Part shown: positions 7,641 through 17,750 of the stretch, piece after piece | Numbering within the stretch: position 1 is the first letter of the stretch | Layout of the letters: the number at the start of each line of letters is the position of its first letter | Origin: Sedimentisphaerales bacterium | GTDB lineage: Bacteria; Planctomycetota; Phycisphaerae; Sedimentisphaerales; Anaerobacaceae | Assembly (NCBI GenBank): GCA_040772485.1 | Contig: JAXGYC010000007.1 | Span: 320,001-384,000 of the forward strand | DNA length: 64,000 bases | Direction: 5' to 3' | The notes under the pieces: model-generated | What the model was told of the DNA's origin: nothing | The model's input: only the letters and a program-made list of their open reading frames with translations | Database searches by the model: none | Position numbers and translations under genes: made by a program

Positions 7641-8864
7641 ATGGCACGAACGAGTTTCACAGTTGTTGTTCTGATATTCGGCGTCTGCGGATTCGCCCCC
7701 GCGCAGTGCCCGAGCGGAGATCTGAACGGAGACTGCCGGGTGGACTGGCTGGACCTCGGGCTTCTCGCGGCGCAGTGGCTGAGCGAGCCCAATGGCATCG
7801 ACGATCTGCACGGTGACGCCCTCGTGGGTATGACGGACCTGGGCGTACTGGCGAACCACTGGCGTCAGACGGGATGCCCCATCGTCATCAACGAGCTGCT
7901 GGCCCACTCCCACGACGTGGCGCCGGATTGGATCGAGTTGCACAACGTCAGCTCGATCCCCGTCGACATCGGCGGATGGTTTCTCAGCGACAGCAGGAAC
8001 GATCTCTGCGAGTACCGCATCGCCGAGGGAACGATCGTCGAACCCAACGGCTATGTCCTCTTCCATGAGAACGAGCACTTCGGCAATCCCCTGGACCCCG
8101 GCGCGCTGTCGCCCTTCAAGATGAGCGAGAACGGCGAGTCGCTGTACCTGTACTCCGACAACGACGAGCGCTTCGGCCAGTGCCTGGTGCAGGCGCGTTT
8201 CGGCGCATCGGAGACGGGAGTCTCGTTCGGCCGGCATCTCAAGAGCACGGGGACCTCCGGCTTCGTCATGATGAGCGTGCCCACGCCCGGACAGGCCAAT
8301 GCCTATCCGCTGGTGGGTCCCGTGGTGATCAACGAGATCATGTACCGCCCCGCCGGAGACGGAGACGCCGAGTACGTCGAGCTACTGAACATCAGTCACG
8401 ATCCCGTCACATTTTTCGACTTCAATACTCTGCTGCCCTGGCGGTTCCGTGACAACAGTGGCATCGAGTTCGCCTTTCCGTCGGACCTTCCGGTGACACT
8501 TCAGGCAGGCGAGCACCTGCTGCTGGTTCGCAACGAGGCGCTGGTCCGCCGGTCCTTCCACGTTCCGACCAACGTACAGATCCTGCAATGGGGCTCCGGC
8601 AGGCTGGCCAACAGCGGTGAGACGATCCAACTGCTCAAGCCCGGTGACGTGGACGAAGCCGGCACGCGGTACTGGATCGAGGTCGAGTCCATCACCTACA
8701 GCGACGGATCGCACCCGGAGGCGTTCGACGACGGGATCGACCGCTGGCCCCCCGGGGCGGACGGCCAGGGACTGTCACTGAACCGCCTCTTTCCGTTCCG
8801 CTACGGCGACGATCCAAACAACTGGCATGCGACCATCGTCACCCCGGGGTCGGCAAACGATTAG
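7641..8864 (+). CDS. Secreted lamin-tail-domain protein with dockerin-like N-terminus
   Basis: Signal peptide MARTSF...APA; CPSGDLNGDCRVDWLDL; two LTD-like modules (INELLAH...DWIELHN and INEIMYRP...EYVELLN). Confidence 0.78.
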   Translation: MARTSFTVVVLIFGVCGFAPAQCPSGDLNGDCRVDWLDLGLLAAQWLSEPNGIDDLHGDALVGMTDLGVLANHWRQTGCPIVINELLAHSHDVAPDWIELHNVSSIPVDIGGWFLSDSRNDLCEYRIAEGTIVEPNGYVLFHENEHFGNPLDPGALSPFKMSENGESLYLYSDNDERFGQCLVQARFGASETGVSFGRHLKSTGTSGFVMMSVPTPGQANAYPLVGPVVINEIMYRPAGDGDAEYVELLNISHDPVTFFDFNTLLPWRFRDNSGIEFAFPSDLPVTLQAGEHLLLVRNEALVRRSFHVPTNVQILQWGSGRLANSGETIQLLKPGDVDEAGTRYWIEVESITYSDGSHPEAFDDGIDRWPPGADGQGLSLNRLFPFRYGDDPNNWHATIVTPGSAND

Positions 8865-8897
8865 ACTCTCAGAACGGCTGTCCTCTCCGCGCGTCGG

Positions 8898-9959
8898 TCA
8901 ACAAGCTGCCTGGGACGGGGAACTCAGAGACGAAGGCGGCGACAGGGAAACGATCTCGACCGCTTGTTCATCACGATCGGGCAGAACCGCCGATGTCTCG
9001 CCGGTCCCAATTCGTTCTTCCTTTGGACGGGACTTCCAGCGGCGGTGCAGCCACCAGTATTGCGTCGGGTCCTCTCGCACGAATGCCTCGATCGCCCTGG
9101 TGTACTCGGCGGTAATCCACTTGAGCGGATCATCCTTGTCCGCCCACTCCTGCGGGAAGATGATCCGGGTTACCCCTATCTCGAAGAAGAACCGGTTGCC
9201 GACACGACGGCTGTAACCGACCACGATCGGCAGGTTGTAGGTCAGAGCGACCAGACCGATGCTCTTGTACGTGCTCGCTTTGCGCCCGAAGAAGTCGACG
9301 AAGACACCCTTCTTGCCGGCGTCCTGATCGGCGATGAACCCGAGCGTGCTGCCGCGGGCGACAATCTGCGGCATTAACTCGGCGGCCCCCTTCTTGTCGA
9401 TGATCTTCTGACCGCGACGCTCCCGAACGCCGTAGAGAAACCGGTTCAGGTACTTGTTGTCGAGCGGCCGGGCGATGCTGTAGAGGTTGAAGCCGAACAG
9501 GCCCATCAGATAGCCGGTAATCTCAAAGTTGCTGTAGTGCCCGGTGACCATGAGCAGCCCTTTGCGCTCCTGCATGAGCCACTTGGCGTGCTCGGCGTTC
9601 TTGTATCGCGAATACTCCCGCCAGTTGTATTTCTTCACCAGCCGCGGGGTGAACAGCACGTCGATCGTCAGCATGACGATCTGCTCGAAGCTGCGCCGGC
9701 CTGTCTGCCAGATCCACTCTTCGGACTGGCTCGGGAAGCTGGCGCGGAGGTTCTCCAGCGCACGCTGGCGGCCTCGGTGGTAGTGCTTCCAGAGAAGGCG
9801 CCCGAGGAAGCAGGCAAACCGGAGATTGGTCTCGACATCGAAGAGGTACAGGAAGACGACCAGAATCCGGACGGCCACATAGAGCAGCCAGTCCAGCACT
9901 GGATGAGGTTTCTTCTTCGGTCGTTTCTTGGTCAGACGCCCATCAGTCATCAGGCCCAT
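8898..9959 (-). CDS. Lipid A lauroyl/myristoyl acyltransferase family (HtrB/MsbB-like lysophospholipid acyltransferase)
   Basis: TGHYSNFE (Hx4E), IADQDAG, FVDFFG and PTQYWWLHRRWK motifs. Confidence 0.88.
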   Translation of the reverse strand: MGLMTDGRLTKKRPKKKPHPVLDWLLYVAVRILVVFLYLFDVETNLRFACFLGRLLWKHYHRGRQRALENLRASFPSQSEEWIWQTGRRSFEQIVMLTIDVLFTPRLVKKYNWREYSRYKNAEHAKWLMQERKGLLMVTGHYSNFEITGYLMGLFGFNLYSIARPLDNKYLNRFLYGVRERRGQKIIDKKGAAELMPQIVARGSTLGFIADQDAGKKGVFVDFFGRKASTYKSIGLVALTYNLPIVVGYSRRVGNRFFFEIGVTRIIFPQEWADKDDPLKWITAEYTRAIEAFVREDPTQYWWLHRRWKSRPKEERIGTGETSAVLPDRDEQAVEIVSLSPPSSLSSPSQAAC

Positions 9960-10047
9960 TTTACGCCGGAAACGGCCGATGTCAAGAAATGCCTCCCGTG
10001 AGGCATCCGCGCACCCCGGAACGACCCTCCTGCGGCCGGCGGCGTGC

Positions 10048-13000
10048 TCATTGCCCGTAGGCGGTATTGCGGGGCGCCAACGAAGCCTCCGCCGTGCCGC
10101 CGTATGCGCCCATGTTAATCCGCCCGTTCACGGCCCGTTCGCTCCGCGGATCGCCGACCTCGCAGGACGCCTCCTGCCCCAGCGGCGTGGACGGGTCGCC
10201 CGCGTCGATGCACGGACTGGTCTGGTCGCCCCACGTCCACGAACCCTGGAGAGTATCCCAGAACCAGCCTTCACTGCCGAGGTGGTAATCGCCCGGCGTC
10301 CAGACCGCATCAAGCCCTGACGACTCGGACCACTGGCCGCGGGCGACGAACAGCGGATCGGCATCGATATTCCCCTCGCCGGGCCAACCGCCCTGGATGT
10401 CGCAATACGTGACCGTTGCCTGCTGGCGAGAGTCCAGGTTCACACCGTCGTCATTGTTGAAGTAGACAATGCAGTTGGTCAGGACCGGCGCCACGCAGGA
10501 CACGCCAAGGCCGAAATTGTCGGCAATCGTGCAGTTCACCAGGTTTGGATACCCGCCCAGGACGCCGCCTTCACGGTTGCCGGTGATCAGGCAATTCGTG
10601 AAGGTGCCGTAGTTGCGCTGGATGCGCCGCCCGCTGACGTCGGCCCACATCTCCATGCCGATGCGGTTGGCCGAGATATCGCAACCGGTCACCGCCGGCT
10701 CGGCGCCGCCCCAGACCTTGATGCCGGCGGCGCAGTTGTCCACGACGTCGCAGTGGCTTATTGTCGGCTTCGACCCGTTACAGACGATCCCGAAGGTGCC
10801 GCCGGCAACCGTGAATCCCGTGAACAGGCTCTCGGCGGTCTCCCCGTCGGCGAACGTAACCAGCGGACCCGCACCGGCAATGACAGTAGCCGCCCGGACA
10901 GCCGGGTCCTCGGGATCCGACGAGGTGATCGTCACCTTCCTGCCGGCGAAGCGTATCTTCTCATCGTACACCCCCGGCTGGAGGAGAATCACGTCGCCGT
11001 CCTGGGCCCTGGCGATCGCATGCTGGATATAGTCGTGGTGACTGCCCGAGGTGGCATTCTCGATGGGACCGTTCATCAGCGAATAGCCGAAATCCAGGCG
11101 AATCCCTGTGATCTGGTAGTTGTACACCCACGTGATCGTCGAGCCACTGACTTCGGGGCCGCCTCCGTAGGGGTAGTCGGGCAGATAGAAGTCGACGATG
11201 CCGTATTCTCTCGTAACGCAGCACATTCGGATGTTGCCACTCCAGGCGTCTCCCACGGAATAAACGATCGTGGGACCGTCGATGTCCGCCTGCAACTGCC
11301 AGCCGCCCTCGACCGCGACCTCGAACTCACGAACTTGGTTCGGGTCCGAGATGTCGGCGCCGTAGATGTCGCCGATGTCGTTGCGCTCGTCGGTCCATAC
11401 AACCAAGTTTCCCGAGACCGCTGGATCGTACTGCCGCTCGGCCGCCGTGCAGATCGGGAAAGTCCGGATACCGCTCAGGTCGGAGATGTCGGCACCGTAG
11501 ATGTCGCCGTTGGCTTCCCAGACGACGATATCACCACAGATGTCGACGAATCCCTCGTGGGCCTCGGTGTAGTTGTCGAAAGGATACGGCACGCCCTGTC
11601 CGACCTCCTCGGCAATGGTGAAGTAGACCGGATGGGCAAGATCCGTTACGTCCGCCCCACAGATGTCGTACGTCGACTCCAGATATCGCGTCTCATTCGA
11701 GGTGTCTACGTTGCGATGCCTGAGCCAGACCACCTTGTTTCCCGACACGGCCGGATAGCCGTAGGACTCGGTTTGCGTGGCCCGCCGCAGCGCAACGCTC
11801 TCGCCGGTGACCATATCGGCAAGGTAGACGCTCGTACAGATCGGGTCGTAGTAGGAACCGGAGCCACTGGCCCAGACGACAAGGCTTCCGTCGATCTTGG
11901 GCTTGGTGTTCACCGTTCCCGTGTCGAACGTCCGGAACACGCCGGTCTGGGCATCCGCACAGAAAACCTGCCAACTGGAAGGATCATAGTCCTCAAATCC
12001 GACATACGCTACGCTGGTGCCGGAGACAGCAGGATAGAAGAAGTAGCCGTCCGCATCCTGCGTGACCGCGAATGGTTCTGCACTCCGCGTGAACGGCGCT
12101 GCCTCAATCTTGACCACGTCCGGTTCGCTGTCGACGAAGCCGTCGTCGACGGTCAACTCGAACGCATAGATGCCGGCCTGTTCGCACAGGAAATAGGGCG
12201 TTGCGGAATCCGGCTCCAGCAGTTCGACCGGCGGACCCTCGAGCTGCTTCCACGTGTAGATCAGCTCATCCGGCGGATCGGCATCGGCGGACTTGGAACC
12301 ATCGAGCATGGCTCCTCCCGGGGCTTCCCACAAGCTGTTCGAGCCCGCGTCGGCCACCGGACGCTCGTTGCCCACCACGACGAGCACCGTGTCCGGGGCG
12401 CTGGTATACTGCCCATCGGCAACCACCAGGTCGAACCTATACCAGCCCTCGGCCGGCGGCGTGAAGACCGGTCGGCCTGCCGCCGCATCGTCGAGTTCCA
12501 CCTCCGCCCCCAGCGTCTGAGTCCACTGGAAGCTCGTCGGGCCGGCAGGATCGGAGAAGTAGCTGCCTGTCCCATCCAGGGTGACGGGCTCGGGAGTCAG
12601 GATATGATGATCGTCGCCGGCGTAGGCCAAAGGCTTGACGTAGCCGACGTGCTCATCGGCCCCGATATCCACACGCAGCGCGTAAACCCGAGGCTCGCCA
12701 TCGATGTCCGTCTCGCCCGGACGCGGGACGAAATTCGGGTCTCCGGCACTGACACAGGGAGAGCTGGGGTCCAGATGATATCGCTTGCTCCAGGAGGTCA
12801 GGAAGACGGGGTCCTGGCTGAGATTGCCGTGGCGTCCGGTCCAGTCGGCCTCTTGCCCAATGATGTCCTCGTACGTGCGAGGGTCTTGCGTGACATAGTT
12901 GCTCGGCGTGTTGCCCCATACGTTGTTGAACCGAATCGCATCGCGGCTGGCACGAATCCAGTACAGCCCCCCTCCGCTCTTGGCGTTGCAGATGAGGTTG

Positions 13001-13812
13001 TTCGCTACCGTCAGAAGCGCGTAGTCATACTGGAACGACGCGACCACGTTGCCGCCGCGACCGGATTCGGGTTCCAGATCGGCATTGTTGCCCACGATCG
13101 TGTTGTTCACGAGTGAGCCGGCGTAGATGTAGACGCCCCCGCCGTAAGCCGAGGTATTGTTATAGATGAGGTTGTTGGTGACCGTCGCATATCCGCCGGC
13201 ATAGACTCCACCACCGCTCTCGGCCGAGTTGTTGTAGATCACGTTGTGGCTGATGATGGCCGAGCCCGAGCAGTAAATCCCGCCCCCGTCGGACCACTCG
13301 TATCTGTATGTGATATACCGTCCACCGTCCACTTGCACTTCCACCTGCTCTCGGGAGTAGGGTGCGACATTGTTCGTGATCACGTTGCGCGTGATGGTCG
13401 GTGAAGCCCCGCCCCTGCACATGATGCCGGCGCCGCACGTAGAACTATAGTAGTCATAGGAGTATATCAGTGTGCCGGTTCCGCCGGTGATCGTGAAGCC
13501 CGTCAGGACGGCCGCGTTGGTCTCGCGGTTCTCAAAGGTCACGACGCTTCCTTCTCCGTCCCCGTTGAGAATCGTGTACCCGACAATCCTCGAATCGTTC
13601 GGGTCCGTGCTGGTCACGACGATGTTCCTGCCGTTGAAGTTGATCCTCTCGAAATAGAGGCCGGGGGCGACGATCACGGTGTCGCCGTCGGTGCTGGCAT
13701 CGATCGCCTGCTGGATCGATGAATACTCGCTGGGCACGTTGCGAATCGTGGCAACGGCCGGACAACTTGCCAGGGCAACTACGACAAGACTTACGGAAAT
13801 CAAACGTCTCAT
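10048..13812 (-). CDS. Large secreted protein: two right-handed beta-helix modules, two PKD-like domains, beta-propeller repeats
   Basis: Signal peptide; duplicated IQxAIxxAxDGDxxxxxPGxY modules; AxAGxx...LDGxxS PKD-like starts; repeats of PAVSGNxVVW...DIYGADISD; C-terminal INMGAYGGT. Confidence 0.8.
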   Translation of the reverse strand: MRRLISVSLVVVALASCPAVATIRNVPSEYSSIQQAIDASTDGDTVIVAPGLYFERINFNGRNIVVTSTDPNDSRIVGYTILNGDGEGSVVTFENRETNAAVLTGFTITGGTGTLIYSYDYYSSTCGAGIMCRGGASPTITRNVITNNVAPYSREQVEVQVDGGRYITYRYEWSDGGGIYCSGSAIISHNVIYNNSAESGGGVYAGGYATVTNNLIYNNTSAYGGGVYIYAGSLVNNTIVGNNADLEPESGRGGNVVASFQYDYALLTVANNLICNAKSGGGLYWIRASRDAIRFNNVWGNTPSNYVTQDPRTYEDIIGQEADWTGRHGNLSQDPVFLTSWSKRYHLDPSSPCVSAGDPNFVPRPGETDIDGEPRVYALRVDIGADEHVGYVKPLAYAGDDHHILTPEPVTLDGTGSYFSDPAGPTSFQWTQTLGAEVELDDAAAGRPVFTPPAEGWYRFDLVVADGQYTSAPDTVLVVVGNERPVADAGSNSLWEAPGGAMLDGSKSADADPPDELIYTWKQLEGPPVELLEPDSATPYFLCEQAGIYAFELTVDDGFVDSEPDVVKIEAAPFTRSAEPFAVTQDADGYFFYPAVSGTSVAYVGFEDYDPSSWQVFCADAQTGVFRTFDTGTVNTKPKIDGSLVVWASGSGSYYDPICTSVYLADMVTGESVALRRATQTESYGYPAVSGNKVVWLRHRNVDTSNETRYLESTYDICGADVTDLAHPVYFTIAEEVGQGVPYPFDNYTEAHEGFVDICGDIVVWEANGDIYGADISDLSGIRTFPICTAAERQYDPAVSGNLVVWTDERNDIGDIYGADISDPNQVREFEVAVEGGWQLQADIDGPTIVYSVGDAWSGNIRMCCVTREYGIVDFYLPDYPYGGGPEVSGSTITWVYNYQITGIRLDFGYSLMNGPIENATSGSHHDYIQHAIARAQDGDVILLQPGVYDEKIRFAGRKVTITSSDPEDPAVRAATVIAGAGPLVTFADGETAESLFTGFTVAGGTFGIVCNGSKPTISHCDVVDNCAAGIKVWGGAEPAVTGCDISANRIGMEMWADVSGRRIQRNYGTFTNCLITGNREGGVLGGYPNLVNCTIADNFGLGVSCVAPVLTNCIVYFNNDDGVNLDSRQQATVTYCDIQGGWPGEGNIDADPLFVARGQWSESSGLDAVWTPGDYHLGSEGWFWDTLQGSWTWGDQTSPCIDAGDPSTPLGQEASCEVGDPRSERAVNGRINMGAYGGTAEASLAPRNTAYGQ

Positions 13813-14165
13813 GGCTTGACCTTTCCCTCGCTCAATAAATCGCACTATCTCACAAGGCCGACCGGAAGGTGTATCAGCCTCCGCTCAATGACGCTGATAT
13901 TCTAACCCAAACGCCCCTGCACTGCAACTCGATTCGTGTCAAACTGCCCATAAACAGACCTCCAGCCTGCTCTTCTCCTTATCTTCGACGTTTCTGGGCC
14001 TCTTCTTGTTACAGGTTTTCTATGTTTTTCCGCGCCGTCGCCCCGATCAGCAACTTGGATGTCCGGAACGCCGCCACCCGCCGGATTCCAGTTGAAAACG
14101 AGCCTCAGGTGGGCATAATGGGGTCTCGATCGCTCGGCCACAGCATGAAATTCGAGGACAAGATC

Positions 14166-17100
14166 ATGGCATGGCACCTACGACAGATTGCACCTTCGAT
14201 ACTTCTGGGCCTCCTTCTGCTGTCTGTGAGCTGCTCTCCTGACGCATCCCGGCCACGCGACAGCGGCAAGAACCAGCCGCTCCCCGGTCCCAGCCTCGGT
14301 GTCGTCACCGAATCGGCCCGGAGCATCCCAATCGTCTATGACGTCGACGTCGTCGTGGTCGGCGGCAGCTCGGCAGGCGTTGTGGCGGCAGCAGCGGCCG
14401 CTCGAAACGGCGCCAGGGTCTTCCTCGCAGCGCCGAGGCCCTATCTGGGGGAGGACCTGTGCGGAACGTACCGGCTCTGGCTGGAGCCGGGCGAGGAGCC
14501 CCGCTCCGACATGGCCAAGGCCCTCTTCGCGGAGCCTCCGTCCGCCAGGCAGATGCAGAACGCGGTTCCCTTCACCTACGAGGCAGATGTGCCCTCCTCC
14601 GCCCGCCACCCGGACACCACCCCCGCTTCAGTCCTGAACGACGGGAAATGGCACAGCGCTTCCTCACAGAGCGTCCAATACGACGGCAACGTGGAGATTA
14701 CCGCCGACGTGGGCAGCGAGCAGCGTCTGCGGCGGGTTCGGATCATGGCCTATCAGCGCAACGGGGACTTCAAGGTCGACACCGTCACCATCGAGGTCAG
14801 CCGGGACGCGAAGGGCTGGAACCGAGCCGCGATGATCAAGAACGGCAAGCTCGGACAGGGTTCGTTCGAGGAATCACCTGTCGAGCTGTCCGCAGGACTG
14901 GACAGCACCGCCCGATACGTCAGGATTCGAGTAAAGAAGTCACAGGCGGCCGGACGAATCCTCCTCGGCGAGATCGTGATCGAGAAGCCGCCGGGACCGA
15001 ACTCTTCCCCGCATGACCGGGTCCCGCCGTCTCCCATGCAAGTCAAGCGTGTTCTCGACGACACCCTGCTCAACGCAGGCGTTGAGTTTCTCTATGGCTG
15101 CTATGCTACCGATATACTCCGAGACGAGAGCGGCAGGCTGGCGGGAATCGTGATGGCCAATCGCTCGGGCCGGCAAGCGGTGAAAGCAAAGGTCGTCATC
15201 GACGCCACGGAGAGGGCCCTGGTTGCGCGAATGGCGGGCGCCGAGTTTGATCCCTATGCGATGGGCTGGCACAGCTTCAGACGCACCGTGATCGGCGGTG
15301 AGCTCCGACAGGGTGAGCACATGGAAGGGCGACGATTGCCCACACCGGTCCACGCGTCCGATGGACGGACCTACGAGGCCATCGAATACACCCTCCAGAT
15401 CCCCATGGAAGACGGCTCGTTCGCATCCTTTGCCAAGGCTGAACAGATCGCCCGGGACAAGACCTGGAGCCCCAAACAGGTGGATTCCTCGGAGACTCTG
15501 TTCCAGGTGCCGCCCGACCGCATGAAGGGCAAGTCTCGGGAGTGTTGCACGTGGCCCGGAGCGGCCGGCGTGAATCTCGACGTCTTCCGTCCCGAACGGA
15601 TCGAACGGCTGTTCGTGCTTGGAGGATGTGTGGACGTGGCAAGATCGGCTGCCGAGAAGCTCCTGCGCCCCCTTGAACTGATTGTGGTGGGAGAGCGCAT
15701 CGGTGCGGCAGCCGCCAGTGAGGCTCTCTCGCTGCCAACGAGCAAGAAGGTAGTCGCAAGCGGCCTTCGAGCAGCGCCGCTGGTTGGAGGTGATATCCGT
15801 GAGGACACCGCCTGGATGCGGCAGGACTGGCAGCATGGCGGCATGGCGCGAGCTGCCGAACGTGCGATCCCGATCATGGGAACCTACGACGTGGTCGTTG
15901 TCGGGGGCGGCACAGGGGGTGCGCCGGCCGGGATCGCCACCGCACGGCAGGGCGCCCGGACGCTGGTCGTCGAATACCTGCATGGCCTCGGAGGCATTGG
16001 GACACTCGGCCTGATCGGCAAGTACTACTACGGCTACCGCGAGGGCTTCACCAAGGAGATCGATCTGGGCCTGGCCGAGCTGGGCGGCGCATCCGAAGGG
16101 ACCAGCGGTCAGGGCGGCGCCTGGGACAGCCAACTGAAGATCGAATGGTACCGCCGGGAATTGAGAAAGGCCGGCGCCGACATATGGTACGGCGCGTTTG
16201 GATGCGGCGCGTTCGTCGAAGGCAATCAGGTCAAAGGCGTCGTTGTTGCCACGCCGCAAGGCCGAGGCGTGGTTCTGGCGAAGGTAGTCATCGACGCGAC
16301 CGGTAGCGCGACCATCGCCGCTGCCGCCGGAGCCGACTGTATCTACACGAATGCCGAGCACATCGCGGTACAGGGGACGGGGCTGCCGCCCTGGGAGCCG
16401 GGCGCCCGATACACCAACACCGACTTCACGTTCATCGATGACCTCGACGCGGTCGATGCATGGCGGTCGTTCCTCACCGCCCGCAAGAAATTCGACGATG
16501 CGTATGACCTGGCACAGATCGTCGACAGCCGCGAACGCAGGCAGATCGTCGGCGATTTCTTCCTCTCGCCTTCGGACGCCTATCTGGGCCGGACCTTCCC
16601 CGACACCATCGTCCGGGCCAATAGCAATTTCGACTCGCACGGCTTCACCATTCATCCGATGTTCCTGCTCAAGCCGCCGGACCGCGAGGCAATCCCCTGC
16701 TACGTCCCCTACCGCTGTCTGCTGCCCAAAGGCCTCGAAGGCATCCTCGTAACGGGGCTGGCGGTCAGCGCTCATCGTGACGTCATGCCGGTGATCCGTA
16801 TGCAGCCGGACATTCAGAACCAGGGCTATGCGGCGGGCGTCGCCGCGGCCATGGCGGTCCAGGCGAACCGGAAGCTGCGCGACATCGACATCCGCACACT
16901 CCAGCGGCATCTCGTCGAGAAAGGGAACCTGCCCGCCGACGTGCTTGCCCACGAAGACTCGTTCCCGCTGCCCAAAGAGCAGATCGAGCGCGCCGTCGCG
17001 TCCTTGGCAAACGATTTCGAGGGCATCGAGATCGTCTACGCCCAGCCGGAGGCGGCTTTGCCCCTCCTGCGTCAGGCGTACACCAGCGCAACCAGCGAGG

Positions 17101-17678
17101 AAGACAAGCTCACCTACGCCCACATCCTCGGTATCATGGGCGATGACGCAGGCGCCGCGACGCTCGCGGAAGCGGTGAGGCAACGGGAGTGGGACGAAGG
17201 CTGGAAGTACACGGGCATGGGACAATATGGTCTGAGCATGAGCCCGGTGGACAGCCTGATCGTCACCCTGGGCCGGACGGGACGCAAAGAGGCCCTCGAT
17301 CCCATCATCGAGAAGATCGCCCAACTCGGTCCCGAACACGCGATGTCCCATCACCGGGCCGTGGCCATGGCGATGGAGGCCCAGCGGGATCGTTCCGCCG
17401 CGAAGCCGCTCGCCGACCTGCTCCGCAAACCTGGCATGACGGGACATGCCTATACAGACATTAAGAAAGTCATGACGAGCATACCACCGAGTCCGGTCGA
17501 TAACTCCACACGAGAGGTTTCGCTGCGGGAACTGATCCTGGCAAGAGCTTTGTATCGTTGCGGCGACGACGACGGCCTTGGCGAAAGCATCCTGAGAGAG
17601 TATGCTCGCGATCTGCGCGGCCACTATGCGCGTCACGCGACGGCCATTTTGAAGGAGAAACCAGGGCGCCGCACCTGA
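14166..17678 (+). CDS. FAD-dependent oxidoreductase lipoprotein with two FAD domains, a discoidin-like insert and a C-terminal HEAT-like region
   Basis: Lipobox-like LSVSC; two Rossmann motifs (DVVVVGGSSAG and DVVVVGGGTGG); two VIDAT motifs; PYRCLLPKG. Start moved from the ORF-track 13869 to MAWHLRQ. Confidence 0.8.
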   Translation: MAWHLRQIAPSILLGLLLLSVSCSPDASRPRDSGKNQPLPGPSLGVVTESARSIPIVYDVDVVVVGGSSAGVVAAAAAARNGARVFLAAPRPYLGEDLCGTYRLWLEPGEEPRSDMAKALFAEPPSARQMQNAVPFTYEADVPSSARHPDTTPASVLNDGKWHSASSQSVQYDGNVEITADVGSEQRLRRVRIMAYQRNGDFKVDTVTIEVSRDAKGWNRAAMIKNGKLGQGSFEESPVELSAGLDSTARYVRIRVKKSQAAGRILLGEIVIEKPPGPNSSPHDRVPPSPMQVKRVLDDTLLNAGVEFLYGCYATDILRDESGRLAGIVMANRSGRQAVKAKVVIDATERALVARMAGAEFDPYAMGWHSFRRTVIGGELRQGEHMEGRRLPTPVHASDGRTYEAIEYTLQIPMEDGSFASFAKAEQIARDKTWSPKQVDSSETLFQVPPDRMKGKSRECCTWPGAAGVNLDVFRPERIERLFVLGGCVDVARSAAEKLLRPLELIVVGERIGAAAASEALSLPTSKKVVASGLRAAPLVGGDIREDTAWMRQDWQHGGMARAAERAIPIMGTYDVVVVGGGTGGAPAGIATARQGARTLVVEYLHGLGGIGTLGLIGKYYYGYREGFTKEIDLGLAELGGASEGTSGQGGAWDSQLKIEWYRRELRKAGADIWYGAFGCGAFVEGNQVKGVVVATPQGRGVVLAKVVIDATGSATIAAAAGADCIYTNAEHIAVQGTGLPPWEPGARYTNTDFTFIDDLDAVDAWRSFLTARKKFDDAYDLAQIVDSRERRQIVGDFFLSPSDAYLGRTFPDTIVRANSNFDSHGFTIHPMFLLKPPDREAIPCYVPYRCLLPKGLEGILVTGLAVSAHRDVMPVIRMQPDIQNQGYAAGVAAAMAVQANRKLRDIDIRTLQRHLVEKGNLPADVLAHEDSFPLPKEQIERAVASLANDFEGIEIVYAQPEAALPLLRQAYTSATSEEDKLTYAHILGIMGDDAGAATLAEAVRQREWDEGWKYTGMGQYGLSMSPVDSLIVTLGRTGRKEALDPIIEKIAQLGPEHAMSHHRAVAMAMEAQRDRSAAKPLADLLRKPGMTGHAYTDIKKVMTSIPPSPVDNSTREVSLRELILARALYRCGDDDGLGESILREYARDLRGHYARHATAILKEKPGRRT

Positions 17679-17750
17679 GGCGGCTGCGGTGCCCCCGGAC
17701 AACAGGAACAAAGGCGATCATAGACCGTTGGAACCTTAAGGAGGTAAGAA

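Noticed and set aside
14940..17711. 923-aa antisense ORF and similar long shadow ORFs (10753-13116 +, 37549-39282 +, 51002-52693 -, 61803-63959 -)
   Set aside because: They lie opposite well-supported genes, have no recognisable motifs, and are expected from high-GC codon bias.
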